Shown: positions 35,790 to 45,703 of the stretch, one piece after another | Numbering within the stretch: position 1 is the stretch's first letter | Layout: every line of letters begins with the position of its first letter | Assembly (NCBI GenBank): GCA_964410215.1 | Contig: CAYPHA010000001.1 | Span: forward strand, 138,924 to 202,923 | DNA length: 64,000 bases | Source of the DNA: an uncultured Calditrichota bacterium | Lineage (GTDB): Bacteria > Calditrichota > Calditrichia > Calditrichales > CAYPHA01 | Direction of reading: 5' to 3' | The notes under the pieces: generated by a model | The model's database searches: none | Told to the model about the DNA's origin: nothing | The model's input: the letters and a program-made list of their open reading frames with translations, nothing else | Program-made: the position numbers and the translations under genes

Positions 35790-36632
35790 ATGCCTGAAAT
35801 AGGGAAAAGAAACCACCTGGTCATTCTGAAAGAAGTTGAATTCGGCCTTTACCTTGACGGCGGGGATTGGGGAGAAATTCTGCTTCCGCGAAAATACCGG
35901 CCGGAAAAATGCTCTCCCGGAGATATCCTGGATGTATTTCTTTATCGCGATTCGGAAGACAGGCTCATTGCCACGACACAGGTCCCGCTTGCCATGGCCG
36001 GTGAATTTGCCTGTCTGAAGGTTGTATCGGTTACTTCCCTGGGTGCTTTTCTGGACTGGGGACTGGAAAAAGACCTATTTGTCCCTTTCAGAGAACAGAA
36101 ACAGAAAATGAAAAAGGACCATTCCTATGTGGTGTATATCTATCTCGATACGAAAAGTGATCGCATAGCAGCTTCCTCCAGACTGGATAAATTTCTGAAC
36201 AGAGAACCGGCAAACTATGAAACGGGGCAGAAAGTCACTCTTCTCATCGTCAATGAAACCGGCGTCGGATACAGTGCGATCGTGAATGGCAGCCACTGGG
36301 GATTGCTGTTCAAAGAGGACGTCTTTCAGTCACTGGACATTGGACAGCAATTGCCGGGATATATTAAAAAGGTACGACCCGACAAAAAGATCGATCTGAG
36401 TCTGCATAAAGCGGGTTATGATAAAATCGAAAACATATCCGGAAAGATTCTGCAAATCATAAAACAGCAGGGAGGATCTGTGGATGTTACCGATAAAAGT
36501 TCTCCTGAGATTATATCCGAAATGTTCGGTGTCAGTAAAAAAACCTTTAAAATAGCTATCGGAGCCCTCTACAGGAAAAGGCTGATAATAATTGATAAGG
36601 ACCACATATCACTTATCTCTCCAAAGGTATGA
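35790..36632 (+). CDS. S1-domain RNA-binding protein, CvfB/YitL family
   Basis: 280 aa. Repeated S1-like segments (GLYLDGGDWGEILLPRKY..., VTSLGAFLDWGLEKDLFVP, GYSAIVNGSHWGLLF) and a C-terminal winged-helix-like tail. The stop overlaps the next start (ATGA). Confidence 0.8.
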   Translation: MPEIGKRNHLVILKEVEFGLYLDGGDWGEILLPRKYRPEKCSPGDILDVFLYRDSEDRLIATTQVPLAMAGEFACLKVVSVTSLGAFLDWGLEKDLFVPFREQKQKMKKDHSYVVYIYLDTKSDRIAASSRLDKFLNREPANYETGQKVTLLIVNETGVGYSAIVNGSHWGLLFKEDVFQSLDIGQQLPGYIKKVRPDKKIDLSLHKAGYDKIENISGKILQIIKQQGGSVDVTDKSSPEIISEMFGVSKKTFKIAIGALYRKRLIIIDKDHISLISPKV

Positions 36633-38359
36633 AAAATACAATTGCTTTATTTAACCAGTTCGAAAATGAATGGCACGTATTTAAATCACCCGTTATGGTT
36701 TTAGAGACTTTTTCTATTGAGGAAGTCATTCCCTTATTGGAGAAGATCGAAGATTATGTTTCAGATGGATTTTTTGCCGCGGGTTTTCTAAGCTATGAAG
36801 CTGCTCCGGCTTTCGATTCAGCCTTTGTGGTAAAGGAGACAAAAGACTTTCCCCTCTGCTGGTTTGGTATCTATAAAAGCTTCTCCACATTTAATCCAAT
36901 GGTATATAAAAAACAAGAATATAAGATAAGTGCCTGGGAACCTTCCATTACAGGAGAAATATATAATCAACGTATCCGGAAAATAAAAAGCTATATCAAA
37001 GACGGGTATTCTTACCAGGTAAACTACACCTACCGTTTGCATGCCGCCCTTACGGGTGATCCCTTTTCATTTTTCCTGGATCTGCTCGTGAACCAGGAAA
37101 CGGAAAATGCCATTTATATCGATACAGGCGATTTTGCGATTTGCTCTGTTTCACCGGAATTGTTTTTCCGGCTTGATGGGAGGGAAATTGTTGCCCGGCC
37201 CATGAAAGGTACCTTGCCGAGGGGTAGATTTCTCGAAGAAGACAGGGTCAGAATTAAGCGTCTTGCCAATTCGGAAAAAGACCGGGCGGAAAACATAATG
37301 ATTGTCGATATGGTTCGGAATGATCTGGGCCGTATTGCACTTACTGATACGATAAAAGTTAAATCACTCTATGATGTTGAGCGGTACAGGACGGCACTGC
37401 AAATGACATCCACCGTAAGCGCACAGACAGAGGCAACTATCAGTCAAATCCTATCGGCTTTGTTTCCGTGCGCCTCTATTACCGGGGCCCCTAAAGTTCA
37501 GACCATGAAAATCATTGCTGAAATGGAAACTTCAGCCCGCCGGATCTATACCGGTAGCGCAGGTTTTGTCATGCCGGGCAGGAAAGCCCAATTTAATGTG
37601 TTAATACGCACCGTTCTGGTTGAACATAAAAATTCATATGCTGAATATGGCGTCGGGGGCGGGATTATGTGGGAGTCCGATCCGCAAGCTGAATTCGACG
37701 AAAGTCAAACCAAGGCGAAGGTGTTAACCGAAAGTAATCGTCAATTCAGCCTGCTGGAGTCAATCTTGTGGACACGGGAAGAAGGCTATTTCCTTCTCGA
37801 CTACCATCTGAAAAGAATGGGTGAATCGGCAGTATTCTTCGATTTTCCTTTTGAATCAGAGAAGATAATACAGGCGTTACAACGGATGACCAGAAAATTT
37901 GGAAATCATCCGTATAAGGTACGTATTCTTCTCGAAGCGGATGGCAAAATAAAAGTGGAATATTCTATTATTGATAATTCCGAAAACACTCCTCCTTTGA
38001 GGCTGGCGTTCGCCGCATACCGTGTCGATTCAGCAAATCCGATGCTGTTCCATAAAACAACGTATCGCAAAATCTATCAGGAAGCGAGACATTCACAAGC
38101 TGAAGGTGATGATGTCATATTGATAAATGAAAATGGAGAGATTACGGAAACCTGCGTATACAACATTTTACTGAGAATAGGGGAAGATTATATAACACCG
38201 GCTGCAAAGTGTGGCTTATTGCCCGGTAGCTACCGGGCATGGCTTCTGGATAATGGTCTTGCCAGAGAAGAGATTGTAAAGCCACGTGATCTTAAGTCGT
38301 GTGATGATATTTTTGTTATAAATTCAGTAAGAAAATCGCAAAAAGCTATTATAATATAA
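36629..38359 (+). CDS. pabBC: aminodeoxychorismate synthase component I fused to an aminodeoxychorismate lyase-like class IV aminotransferase
   Basis: PabB blocks SYQVNYTYRL, SPELFFR, RPMKGT, SEKDRAENIMIVDMVRNDLGRI, FPCASITGAPK, RRIYTGSAGF and GVGGGI. The C-terminal roughly 200 aa have a class IV fold (ILINENGEITETCVYNI...). Confidence 0.88.
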   Translation: MKNTIALFNQFENEWHVFKSPVMVLETFSIEEVIPLLEKIEDYVSDGFFAAGFLSYEAAPAFDSAFVVKETKDFPLCWFGIYKSFSTFNPMVYKKQEYKISAWEPSITGEIYNQRIRKIKSYIKDGYSYQVNYTYRLHAALTGDPFSFFLDLLVNQETENAIYIDTGDFAICSVSPELFFRLDGREIVARPMKGTLPRGRFLEEDRVRIKRLANSEKDRAENIMIVDMVRNDLGRIALTDTIKVKSLYDVERYRTALQMTSTVSAQTEATISQILSALFPCASITGAPKVQTMKIIAEMETSARRIYTGSAGFVMPGRKAQFNVLIRTVLVEHKNSYAEYGVGGGIMWESDPQAEFDESQTKAKVLTESNRQFSLLESILWTREEGYFLLDYHLKRMGESAVFFDFPFESEKIIQALQRMTRKFGNHPYKVRILLEADGKIKVEYSIIDNSENTPPLRLAFAAYRVDSANPMLFHKTTYRKIYQEARHSQAEGDDVILINENGEITETCVYNILLRIGEDYITPAAKCGLLPGSYRAWLLDNGLAREEIVKPRDLKSCDDIFVINSVRKSQKAIII

Positions 38360-38378
38360 TTGAGTAGAGTGCTGAAAA

Positions 38379-40217
38379 TTGCCATGCACAAAGCTATTAC
38401 GTGCGTACAAAAAAGCATTTCAGGCAAACCGTATGTTAATGAATGAAAACAACACGGAGCGCACCAGGGATATCTATGAGATAATCGGAGGATATCCGAA
38501 GCCACCGCTGATACCAATTGAAGATCTATATAATGATCAATCCTTCGTAAACCATGATTTTAAACCTGGCTCGTTTGCACTGACAATGACTCGCGCCATT
38601 CTGAAAATGGTCGGATTTCATGCGCTTTACGAGACCCTGCCGCAAAATCTTGAATCAATGTTACGTACCCGGCATACCCGTCTGCCGGGACTTTACGCCC
38701 CCGTAATCGCGGCCACCCTTGCCCTTAAGGATGATCCGTCGAAGTCCGGTCCCCTGGAAAGGGCGGCTTCTATAATTATTGCGGCATACCGGTTCCATGA
38801 GGAACTGCTGAAAGCCGAAGTGGAGCCGGACCGCTATGAAGGCCAGGTGCTTGAAATGGGACTTTATCCGAACCTGTTCTCAACATCCCTGCAAATCACG
38901 GAATCGGATGTACGTCTTCATAAAAGCAGGAAAAAAGATACCATCATTGTACTTGCGAACCGGCAGTTTTTCGAGGTGACAGTATACCGGGATGGTAAAC
39001 AGCTTTCCTTTGCTGAGATTTGTCATTTGTTGGGGATGGTTGCTGAAGCAGCCTGTCAAAATCCCAGGCAGTCGGGAAACCATTCACCAGGAATGGTAAC
39101 GGCAGCATCCGATAGAACGCAAATAAAGGCCTTCCGTCACATGCTTAAAACGTCGGCAAATAAAGAAATACTTGCACGGCTGGACACGGCATTTCTAACG
39201 GTCTGCCTGGACCTGGATTCGTTTCCGGCATCCTATGAGACGGCCGCTTACCTGGCGCACAGCACCAATCAGGGAAACCGCTGGTATCATTCGGCTACAC
39301 AATTTATAATATTCGGAAATGCAAAAGCCTGTGTGATTAATAACTTTACGGCTTATATCGACGGCGCCACGATGGTTCGTGCTTCAATGGAGATATACCG
39401 GCGGGCGGCGCAGGTGGCAACGGTAAAGGACCAGGCAAATGACGCTCTCCCGGCAGGTACACATGGTATGCGCCTGCTCGACTGGCACTTTCCGCAGCGT
39501 TTCTTCCAGGCCGTATTAAATGATATTCGTCTGGTCACGGATAATCAGCAGGCCACGTTTCGCTTGAAGGGATTGGGCCGGCGTGCATTCGGGACTTATG
39601 CCTCGGATACCATTCCTGTTTTTGTTGCGGCATTACAGATAACAGCCGCTCATTTCATCGGGGGAGTGGTTTACATCAACCAGTTTGTAACCATGTCCCG
39701 CTATCGCTGTATGGGACTGGAAATCAGCAGTGTGACCACGAGGGAAATGATCAGGCTGGTGGAAATATTCGAGGATGCCGGTACATCTGCAGAAGCCATG
39801 TTTGCTTATCTTCGGGAGGCTGTTGAATCACAACGACAGATCATTCGCCAAAAGCGCAGTCACATGACACTGGATTCATTGTTTTCTTATTTCATGGTAG
39901 AAGGCGGCATGCTGAGAAAGGGCTTTCTGTATACGCTGATGCTCCTTTCGGCCCCATTCCGGGGACGCATCCGGTTGTTTAAACAGAAGCCAAATGACAT
40001 TATCATTTCCCATCCACCTGTTTATGAGGAAGTGCCGGTGCTGGGGCGTCCCGGCGTGCGTATTCCGTATGCCCGCTATTTCGGACTTCATTACCAGGTC
40101 TTTGAGGATGACATCATTGTGACCATGATGCCCACCCGTAACTGGGATATACCGAATGCTGAATTTGTTGCCACATTAGAGCGGACGCTGGAAAGACTGC
40201 AGGCCGTATACCCATAA
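38379..40217 (+). CDS. choline/carnitine O-acyltransferase-like protein (catalytic His position is Thr)
   Basis: YPKPPLIPIEDL (LPxLPxP-like), IIVLANRQFFEVTVYRDGKQLS, and GNRWYHSATQFIIFGNAKACVINNFTAYIDG aligned to RWxDK...EHSxxDG. Start is uncertain: TTG at 38379, or ATG at 38433 or 38439. Confidence 0.6.
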   Translation: MPCTKLLRAYKKAFQANRMLMNENNTERTRDIYEIIGGYPKPPLIPIEDLYNDQSFVNHDFKPGSFALTMTRAILKMVGFHALYETLPQNLESMLRTRHTRLPGLYAPVIAATLALKDDPSKSGPLERAASIIIAAYRFHEELLKAEVEPDRYEGQVLEMGLYPNLFSTSLQITESDVRLHKSRKKDTIIVLANRQFFEVTVYRDGKQLSFAEICHLLGMVAEAACQNPRQSGNHSPGMVTAASDRTQIKAFRHMLKTSANKEILARLDTAFLTVCLDLDSFPASYETAAYLAHSTNQGNRWYHSATQFIIFGNAKACVINNFTAYIDGATMVRASMEIYRRAAQVATVKDQANDALPAGTHGMRLLDWHFPQRFFQAVLNDIRLVTDNQQATFRLKGLGRRAFGTYASDTIPVFVAALQITAAHFIGGVVYINQFVTMSRYRCMGLEISSVTTREMIRLVEIFEDAGTSAEAMFAYLREAVESQRQIIRQKRSHMTLDSLFSYFMVEGGMLRKGFLYTLMLLSAPFRGRIRLFKQKPNDIIISHPPVYEEVPVLGRPGVRIPYARYFGLHYQVFEDDIIVTMMPTRNWDIPNAEFVATLERTLERLQAVYP

Positions 40218-40246
40218 TCTTAATTACGAAAGAGGAATATTTTACG

Positions 40247-42043
40247 ATGCAATTTAAATGGTTACCGTTCACTGTTCTGGTAATATCAAGCATATTACTG
40301 ATAATGATGGCTGTTTCCTGTGTGATGCAGCCGGACGCATCCGCCGGGATACTGGTGGAAGCGGAATCTTTCAGCGACAAGGGCGGCTGGCTGGTCGACC
40401 CGCAGTTTGTCGAACAGATGGGATCACCCTATCTGCTGGCCCATGGATTGGGTGAGCCGGTAGTCAATGCCCGGACCCGGGTCACGTTTCCATCAACCGG
40501 TACGTACCATGTCTGGGTACGGTCCAAAAACTGGGTTCCGGGTGACTGGGAAGCGCCGGGACGTTTCCGTCTCATTATTGATGGAATTGTTATGGATGAA
40601 ACGTTAGGAACGGAGACCGGCTGGAAGTGGCACTATGCCGGGGAAACGGTTGTAGAATCGGATACGCTTTCTGTGGAACTTCAGGACCTGACCGGATTCG
40701 ACGGAAGGTGCGACGCGGTTTATTTCAGCAAATGGAAGCAACCGCCGCCTGAAGATCCGGATGGGCTCCGGAAATGGCGCGAAACACTGAAAGAAAAGAA
40801 GAATGTGCCGGTGAACGACGATTTTGATGTGGTGATTGTCGGAGGGGGTATTGCCGGCTGTGCAGCGGCTATCGCGGCAGCGGAACAGGGGATGAAAGTG
40901 GCGTTGATTCATGACCGGCCCGTGCTGGGCGGTAATGCCAGCAGTGAGATACGGGTGCATACGGAGGGCATTCCGGGAAATGCGGAACGGATCATATCGA
41001 TGATCAATACCCGGCACTGGCCGAACGGGTCGCCGGATGCACGGGAGGATGATATTAAACGGCATCGAAATATCGAAAAATATGATAATATCCATCTTGC
41101 TTTAAACTGGCGTGCCTATGATACGGAAACACGGGGAAATGTCATAACTGCTGTAAAAGCCCGTCATACATCCTACGGAGAGGAAATGATATTCAAAGCC
41201 CCCCTGTACATCGATTGCACCGGTGACGGCTGGATCGGCTACTGGTCCGGAGCGGAAACGATGTACGGACGCGAACCGGCTTCTGAGTATGACGAGTATT
41301 GGGATAAATACGGCGATCTGTGGAGTCCGGAAAAGGCAGACAATCGTGTCATGGGATCTTCGGTGTTGTGGCGGTCAACGGACGCCGGAGCGGATACGGC
41401 TTTTCCGGAAGTGGCCTGGGCAATGGATGTGGCCGGTGATCATGCCGCGGTAAACGGGTCATGGCGATGGGAGTTTTCCAGGAACGATCTCCACCAGATT
41501 GACGATGCGGAGCAGATACGCGATTACATGTTCCGGGCTATATATGGTTCGTTTTATAATGCGAAACAAAAGCCGGAAAATGTGTCCCTTAAGCTGGAAT
41601 GGGTATCGTATCTGATCGGTAAGCGGGAATCACGGCGCATCGTGGGTGACTATATCTATACCTTTAATGATGTCCGGGAAATGAAAACATTCGATGATGC
41701 TGTCGTTGTGGAAAAACGACCGGTTGATGTCCATTATCAGCAGAACCGGAAAGATCCATCCCGTCCGGATTTCCTGTCAGAGGCGCTGTACTACCGCGTG
41801 GAATTGTATTATCTGCCTTTTCGTACGCTTTATTCAAAGGATATTGAAAACCTGTTCATGGCCGGACGCTGTTTCAGTTGTTCCCATATTGGTCTGGGCG
41901 GACCGCGTGTGATGCATACGACGGGACAAATGGGCGTAGCCGTCGGCTATGCGGCCGCGCTGTGCAAGAAATATGAGACGACGCCCAGGGGAATCTATGA
42001 AAACCATATAGCAGAGCTGCAGGCGCTCATTGAAAGCAACTGA
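40247..42043 (+). CDS. exported FAD-dependent oxidoreductase (PF12831-like) with an N-terminal beta-sandwich
   Basis: Signal/lipobox MMAVSC and dinucleotide motif DVVIVGGGIAGCAAAIAAAEQG...GGNASSE. 598 aa. Confidence 0.8.
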   Translation: MQFKWLPFTVLVISSILLIMMAVSCVMQPDASAGILVEAESFSDKGGWLVDPQFVEQMGSPYLLAHGLGEPVVNARTRVTFPSTGTYHVWVRSKNWVPGDWEAPGRFRLIIDGIVMDETLGTETGWKWHYAGETVVESDTLSVELQDLTGFDGRCDAVYFSKWKQPPPEDPDGLRKWRETLKEKKNVPVNDDFDVVIVGGGIAGCAAAIAAAEQGMKVALIHDRPVLGGNASSEIRVHTEGIPGNAERIISMINTRHWPNGSPDAREDDIKRHRNIEKYDNIHLALNWRAYDTETRGNVITAVKARHTSYGEEMIFKAPLYIDCTGDGWIGYWSGAETMYGREPASEYDEYWDKYGDLWSPEKADNRVMGSSVLWRSTDAGADTAFPEVAWAMDVAGDHAAVNGSWRWEFSRNDLHQIDDAEQIRDYMFRAIYGSFYNAKQKPENVSLKLEWVSYLIGKRESRRIVGDYIYTFNDVREMKTFDDAVVVEKRPVDVHYQQNRKDPSRPDFLSEALYYRVELYYLPFRTLYSKDIENLFMAGRCFSCSHIGLGGPRVMHTTGQMGVAVGYAAALCKKYETTPRGIYENHIAELQALIESN

Positions 42044-42062
42044 GTCCGTCGCACACGGTCCT

Positions 42063-42968
42063 TTAAAAATTGTATGAAATGCCGGTCAGCTTTTCCGAAA
42101 TATCCCACAGTTTGTTCGCGATAACGGTGTCGTGTGAGAGGGTATTGGATTCGACTTTTTTCGGATATCCTCTGATCTCTTTGAAGCCGGATGGTCCGAA
42201 ATAGTCACCGCTTTTGACATCGGGAGCGACCGCCGCATAAAGCGTTGGCAGGGCACCCATTTCGATTTTCTGGGCGAAGAGGTTGCTCAGAAAACTAACC
42301 AGGCCGGAATGCCGCTGCAGGTCAGTGGCGGTCACGCCGGGATGGGCGGCCACGACGAGAGGTGTCTTGTCAGCGGAATCCATTTTCCTGTTCAGTTCAT
42401 AGGTGAAATAGAGATTGGCGATTTTGCTGTCGCCATAGGCATTCCAGGGTGCATACGTGCGTTTTTCCCAGTTGAGATCATCGAAATTAATATTGCCCTG
42501 GGTATGCGCCATACTGCTGACGTTGACGATACGGCTACCGGCTGTTTTTTTCAACAGGTCCAGGAGCAGGCCGGTCAGGGCGAAATGACCGAGATGGTTG
42601 GTGCCGAACTGGAGTTCGAAACCATCAGTGGTTTTGGAATAGGGCGGAATCATCACCCCTGCATTATTGATCAGTAAATCCAGTTGCTCATATTCTTTTT
42701 TAAAGGCTTCGGCGAACTGCTTCACCGATTTCAGGTCGGCCAGGTCGAGTTCCATGATAACAAGGTCCGCTTTTTCGTGTCTGGTTTTGATTTTTTCGGC
42801 GGCTTTTTTCCCTTTGTCCAGGTTACGGACGGCAATGATCACTTTCGCATTTTTTTCTGCCAGGACCCGCGCTGTTTCATAGCCGATACCGCTGCTGGCC
42901 CCAGTTACGACGGCAACGCGCCCGTTTTGATCCGGCACGTCATTTGAATTCCATTTATCCTTACTCAT
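42063..42968 (-). CDS. SDR-family oxidoreductase (retinol-dehydrogenase/WWOX-like)
   Basis: VAVVTGASSGIGYETA, NNAGVM, and YGDSKIANLYF (YxxxK). ATG at 42968 lies 6 nt after the SD aggag and overlaps the MBL gene stop. Confidence 0.9.
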   Translation of the reverse strand: MSKDKWNSNDVPDQNGRVAVVTGASSGIGYETARVLAEKNAKVIIAVRNLDKGKKAAEKIKTRHEKADLVIMELDLADLKSVKQFAEAFKKEYEQLDLLINNAGVMIPPYSKTTDGFELQFGTNHLGHFALTGLLLDLLKKTAGSRIVNVSSMAHTQGNINFDDLNWEKRTYAPWNAYGDSKIANLYFTYELNRKMDSADKTPLVVAAHPGVTATDLQRHSGLVSFLSNLFAQKIEMGALPTLYAAVAPDVKSGDYFGPSGFKEIRGYPKKVESNTLSHDTVIANKLWDISEKLTGISYNF

Positions 42969-44127
42969 GTTCAACTCCTGTCGGTTTTTGTTTCAAATGT
43001 ACGTTTAATGTGTCATCCCACCAGTGTGTGGATGGTATATAGCTATTATACCGGGATGTTTCCCCGACAACGGGTGTCGCTGTTCTGATATTCAGCGAAT
43101 CGGCAGCCTTTGCCAGGCGCTGCATTGGTTCATACCAGGGGTGCAGCGACAGGTTAAATGTACCCCAGTGGATCGGATGCAGAATATCGCCTTTCAGATC
43201 CAGATGTGCCTGGGCCGTTTCTTCCGGGAACATATGAATATGGTACCATTGTTCGTTGTAGGCGCCGCATTCCAGGAACGTCATATCAAAGGGGCCGTAT
43301 TTTTCACCGATCTGTTTAAAACCGGTAAAATAACCGGAATCGCTTCCGAAATATATTTTATGAAACGGTGCCGATACGATAAAGGAGCCCCACAGGGTTT
43401 CATCACGGTCAAACAGCCCCCGTCCGGAAAAATGCTGTGTCGGCGTCAGAGCGATCATCAGATGCGCATCGAATCGATATTCATCCCACCAGTCCAGTTC
43501 AACGATTTTTTCCGGCGGCACACCCCATGACTCGAGCTGCGGGCCCACGGCAAGCGGGGTGATGAACAGGCCGGTTCGTTCATGAAGCGCTTTGATGGTG
43601 AATTCATTCAGGTGGTCGTAATGGTTATGAGAGATCAGGATAATATCGATTTCACCGATGGCTTCGATATCGACCGGCACTTCGCCGTTGAACCGTGACG
43701 GTCCGAAAAAGGTAATTTTCTTCTCGAGAACCGGATCGGTAAGGATTTTATAACCATCGATATTGATCATCAGGGACGAATGTCCCAGCCAGGTGACATT
43801 CAACTGATCGCTTCCGCTGTCATTGAAATAGCGCAGATCGGCCTGTTGGCGCGGTAATTCGATGTCAGGTGTGCGCTGATCGCCGCCGAACAGGAATTTC
43901 CATCCGGTGGACAGGCCATCGACAAACGAGGGTTGTTTCCATTCTTTCATATTATAAAATTTCCCGTCCTGATATTGCGGGGATTGTTCTATTTTATTCA
44001 TATTGCGTTCCCTGACCGTATTTCTGCCGGATGAACAGGCGGGATTAAAACCTGATATAATCAACAGTATAACCAGCAGGCTGATACGGTACACGTTATC
44101 GTTTTTTGATTTTTGTATTTTATTCAT
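42961..44127 (-). CDS. MBL-fold metallo-hydrolase (NAPE-PLD-like), probably exported
   Basis: TWLGHSSLMI, ILISHNHYDHL, and the DSGY with HWGTF blocks. N-terminal hydrophobic segment with Cys (NPACSSG). Confidence 0.85.
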   Translation of the reverse strand: MNKIQKSKNDNVYRISLLVILLIISGFNPACSSGRNTVRERNMNKIEQSPQYQDGKFYNMKEWKQPSFVDGLSTGWKFLFGGDQRTPDIELPRQQADLRYFNDSGSDQLNVTWLGHSSLMINIDGYKILTDPVLEKKITFFGPSRFNGEVPVDIEAIGEIDIILISHNHYDHLNEFTIKALHERTGLFITPLAVGPQLESWGVPPEKIVELDWWDEYRFDAHLMIALTPTQHFSGRGLFDRDETLWGSFIVSAPFHKIYFGSDSGYFTGFKQIGEKYGPFDMTFLECGAYNEQWYHIHMFPEETAQAHLDLKGDILHPIHWGTFNLSLHPWYEPMQRLAKAADSLNIRTATPVVGETSRYNSYIPSTHWWDDTLNVHLKQKPTGVEHE

Positions 44128-44174
44128 AGCTACACTTTAAATGAATGTTCATTTAGTAATATTTCCAAAATTTT

Positions 44175-44768
44175 TTATAATTTAATCGCATCCCAGGACA
44201 AATCGAAGGCTGTTTCGATATTCCGGGAAGTTTTTTCAAATGTATTGCAGATCCGCGCATTGGAAAGTGTAAAGATCGGGTAGAAGGCAAAAGCCGTCAG
44301 CACATCAAAGGGGACGTCCTTAATTATTTTCTGTTCGATGCCAATATTCATGATACGAATCAGTGGTTCAAAAGACTGTTCGATCTCATCTTTTTTCACC
44401 AGTTCCGTAAAAGGAGAGTTGGCAAATTGTTCCGTAAATTCAAATAAATCAAGGTTATTCTCAATAAAATCAAACATATTGAACCAGACATTTCTGAATA
44501 TATCCCGGATCGGCAATTCGGGATCAAAATCCTTGAGCACCGCTTTCCCCATCTTGTCTTTGATGGCAAGATAGGTGGAAACAAGCAGGTCTTCCTTATT
44601 TTTATAATAGATATAAATCGTCGCGGGTGAAACGTTTGCCTCTTTCGCAATTTTCGAAACAGAACTGGAAACAAACCCGATTTTGTTGACCAGTTTGACG
44701 GTGGCCCGGATAATGGCGTCCTGTTTGTATTCATCTTTGTGTCGCATGGGTCTAAAATAAATGATCAT
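44175..44768 (-). CDS. TetR/AcrR-family transcriptional regulator
   Basis: N-terminal HTH IIRATVKLVNKIGFVSSSVSKIAKEANVSPATIYIYYKNKEDLL. 197 aa. First gene of a TetR-MBL-SDR string. Confidence 0.9.
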   Translation of the reverse strand: MIIYFRPMRHKDEYKQDAIIRATVKLVNKIGFVSSSVSKIAKEANVSPATIYIYYKNKEDLLVSTYLAIKDKMGKAVLKDFDPELPIRDIFRNVWFNMFDFIENNLDLFEFTEQFANSPFTELVKKDEIEQSFEPLIRIMNIGIEQKIIKDVPFDVLTAFAFYPIFTLSNARICNTFEKTSRNIETAFDLSWDAIKL

Positions 44769-44875
44769 TCATTTAAAATCAAGTATTATTCTAATACCAC
44801 AGCAATTTTTTAGATCGATGGTAAAAACGGTATCATTTTATTGAATCTTGATGTATAATGAATAAAAAATGACCG

Positions 44876-44911
44876 CCTTGCAGGGATGCAAGATTTTGGG
44901 TCCCTGCAAGG
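44876..44911. promoter_or_regulatory. perfect 11-bp inverted repeat in the TetR/mgsA divergent region
   Basis: CCTTGCAGGGA (44876-44886), 14-nt spacer, TCCCTGCAAGG (44901-44911). The TGCAAG half-site occurs three times. Candidate operator or 5-prime-UTR hairpin. Confidence 0.4.
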
Positions 44912-44935
44912 ACCATCCCCATAAAAGGAATACAA

Positions 44936-45406
44936 ATGGAAAAGGCGAAACATATCGCCCTGGTTGCCCATGATAATCGTAAGAATGTCCTGGCTGAATG
45001 GGTGGAATGGAACTACCGTATACTGCAGGGACATAATATCATATGCACCGGGACGACGGGTAAAATGATCGAAAAGGTTCTTAAAGACAAACACCGCAGA
45101 GAAAAGACGGGTAAACGTATCAATCCGATCAAAAAACTGAAATCCGGACCGCTGGGGGGCGATCAGCAGCTCGGGGCGCTGATAGCCGAGGGCAAAATCG
45201 ATATCCTGATCTTTTTCTGGGATCCGATGGAACCGCAGCCCCATGATGTGGATGTGAAAGCCCTGCTACGGATCGCCGTATTGTACAATATCCCGGTCGC
45301 TTCCAACCGTTCTTCCGCCGATTTTCTGATCTCTTCACCCCTTATTTCAGAGAAATATGAGCCGGAAGAAACGACCTATGCCGACTACCTGAACCGCCCG
45401 ATCTGA
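44936..45406 (+). CDS. mgsA: methylglyoxal synthase
   Basis: [43 protein letters not shown], and [22 protein letters not shown] roughly 20-aa basic insert relative to E. coli MgsA. Confidence 0.92.
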   Translation: MEKAKHIALVAHDNRKNVLAEWVEWNYRILQGHNIICTGTTGKMIEKVLKDKHRREKTGKRINPIKKLKSGPLGGDQQLGALIAEGKIDILIFFWDPMEPQPHDVDVKALLRIAVLYNIPVASNRSSADFLISSPLISEKYEPEETTYADYLNRPI

Positions 45407-45511
45407 TAGCCGGCAAGATTTCACTTTTACGTTATTAAAATAGCATGATTAGACTTTCCTTGTAGGATTCTTTGTCTTAAATTATGGTCAAATTATACGT
45501 CATTTTTTATT

Positions 45512-45655
45512 AACCAAAGAGACACAGAGGTAAAATAATTACTATTATGAGTCACTATATAAAGTTAAATACTGTATAATTATTGTAATGAAAATCAATC
45601 ACACGTATCGTTTCGCTTTATTTGTATATTCATGCACTCTGCACTCTCTGTGGTT
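45512..45655. repeat. small element bounded by terminal inverted repeats, copy B (about 144 bp)
   Basis: Left end AACCAAAGAGACACAGAGG (45512-45530). Right end GCACTCTGCACTCTCTGTGGTT (45634-45655). The ends are an imperfect inverted repeat and match the ends of copy A (2974-3041). Confidence 0.4.
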
Positions 45656-45703
45656 ATAACCTGTTTCGTGAACCAATGATCCATATTCAATTGGAGGGAA
45701 TCC

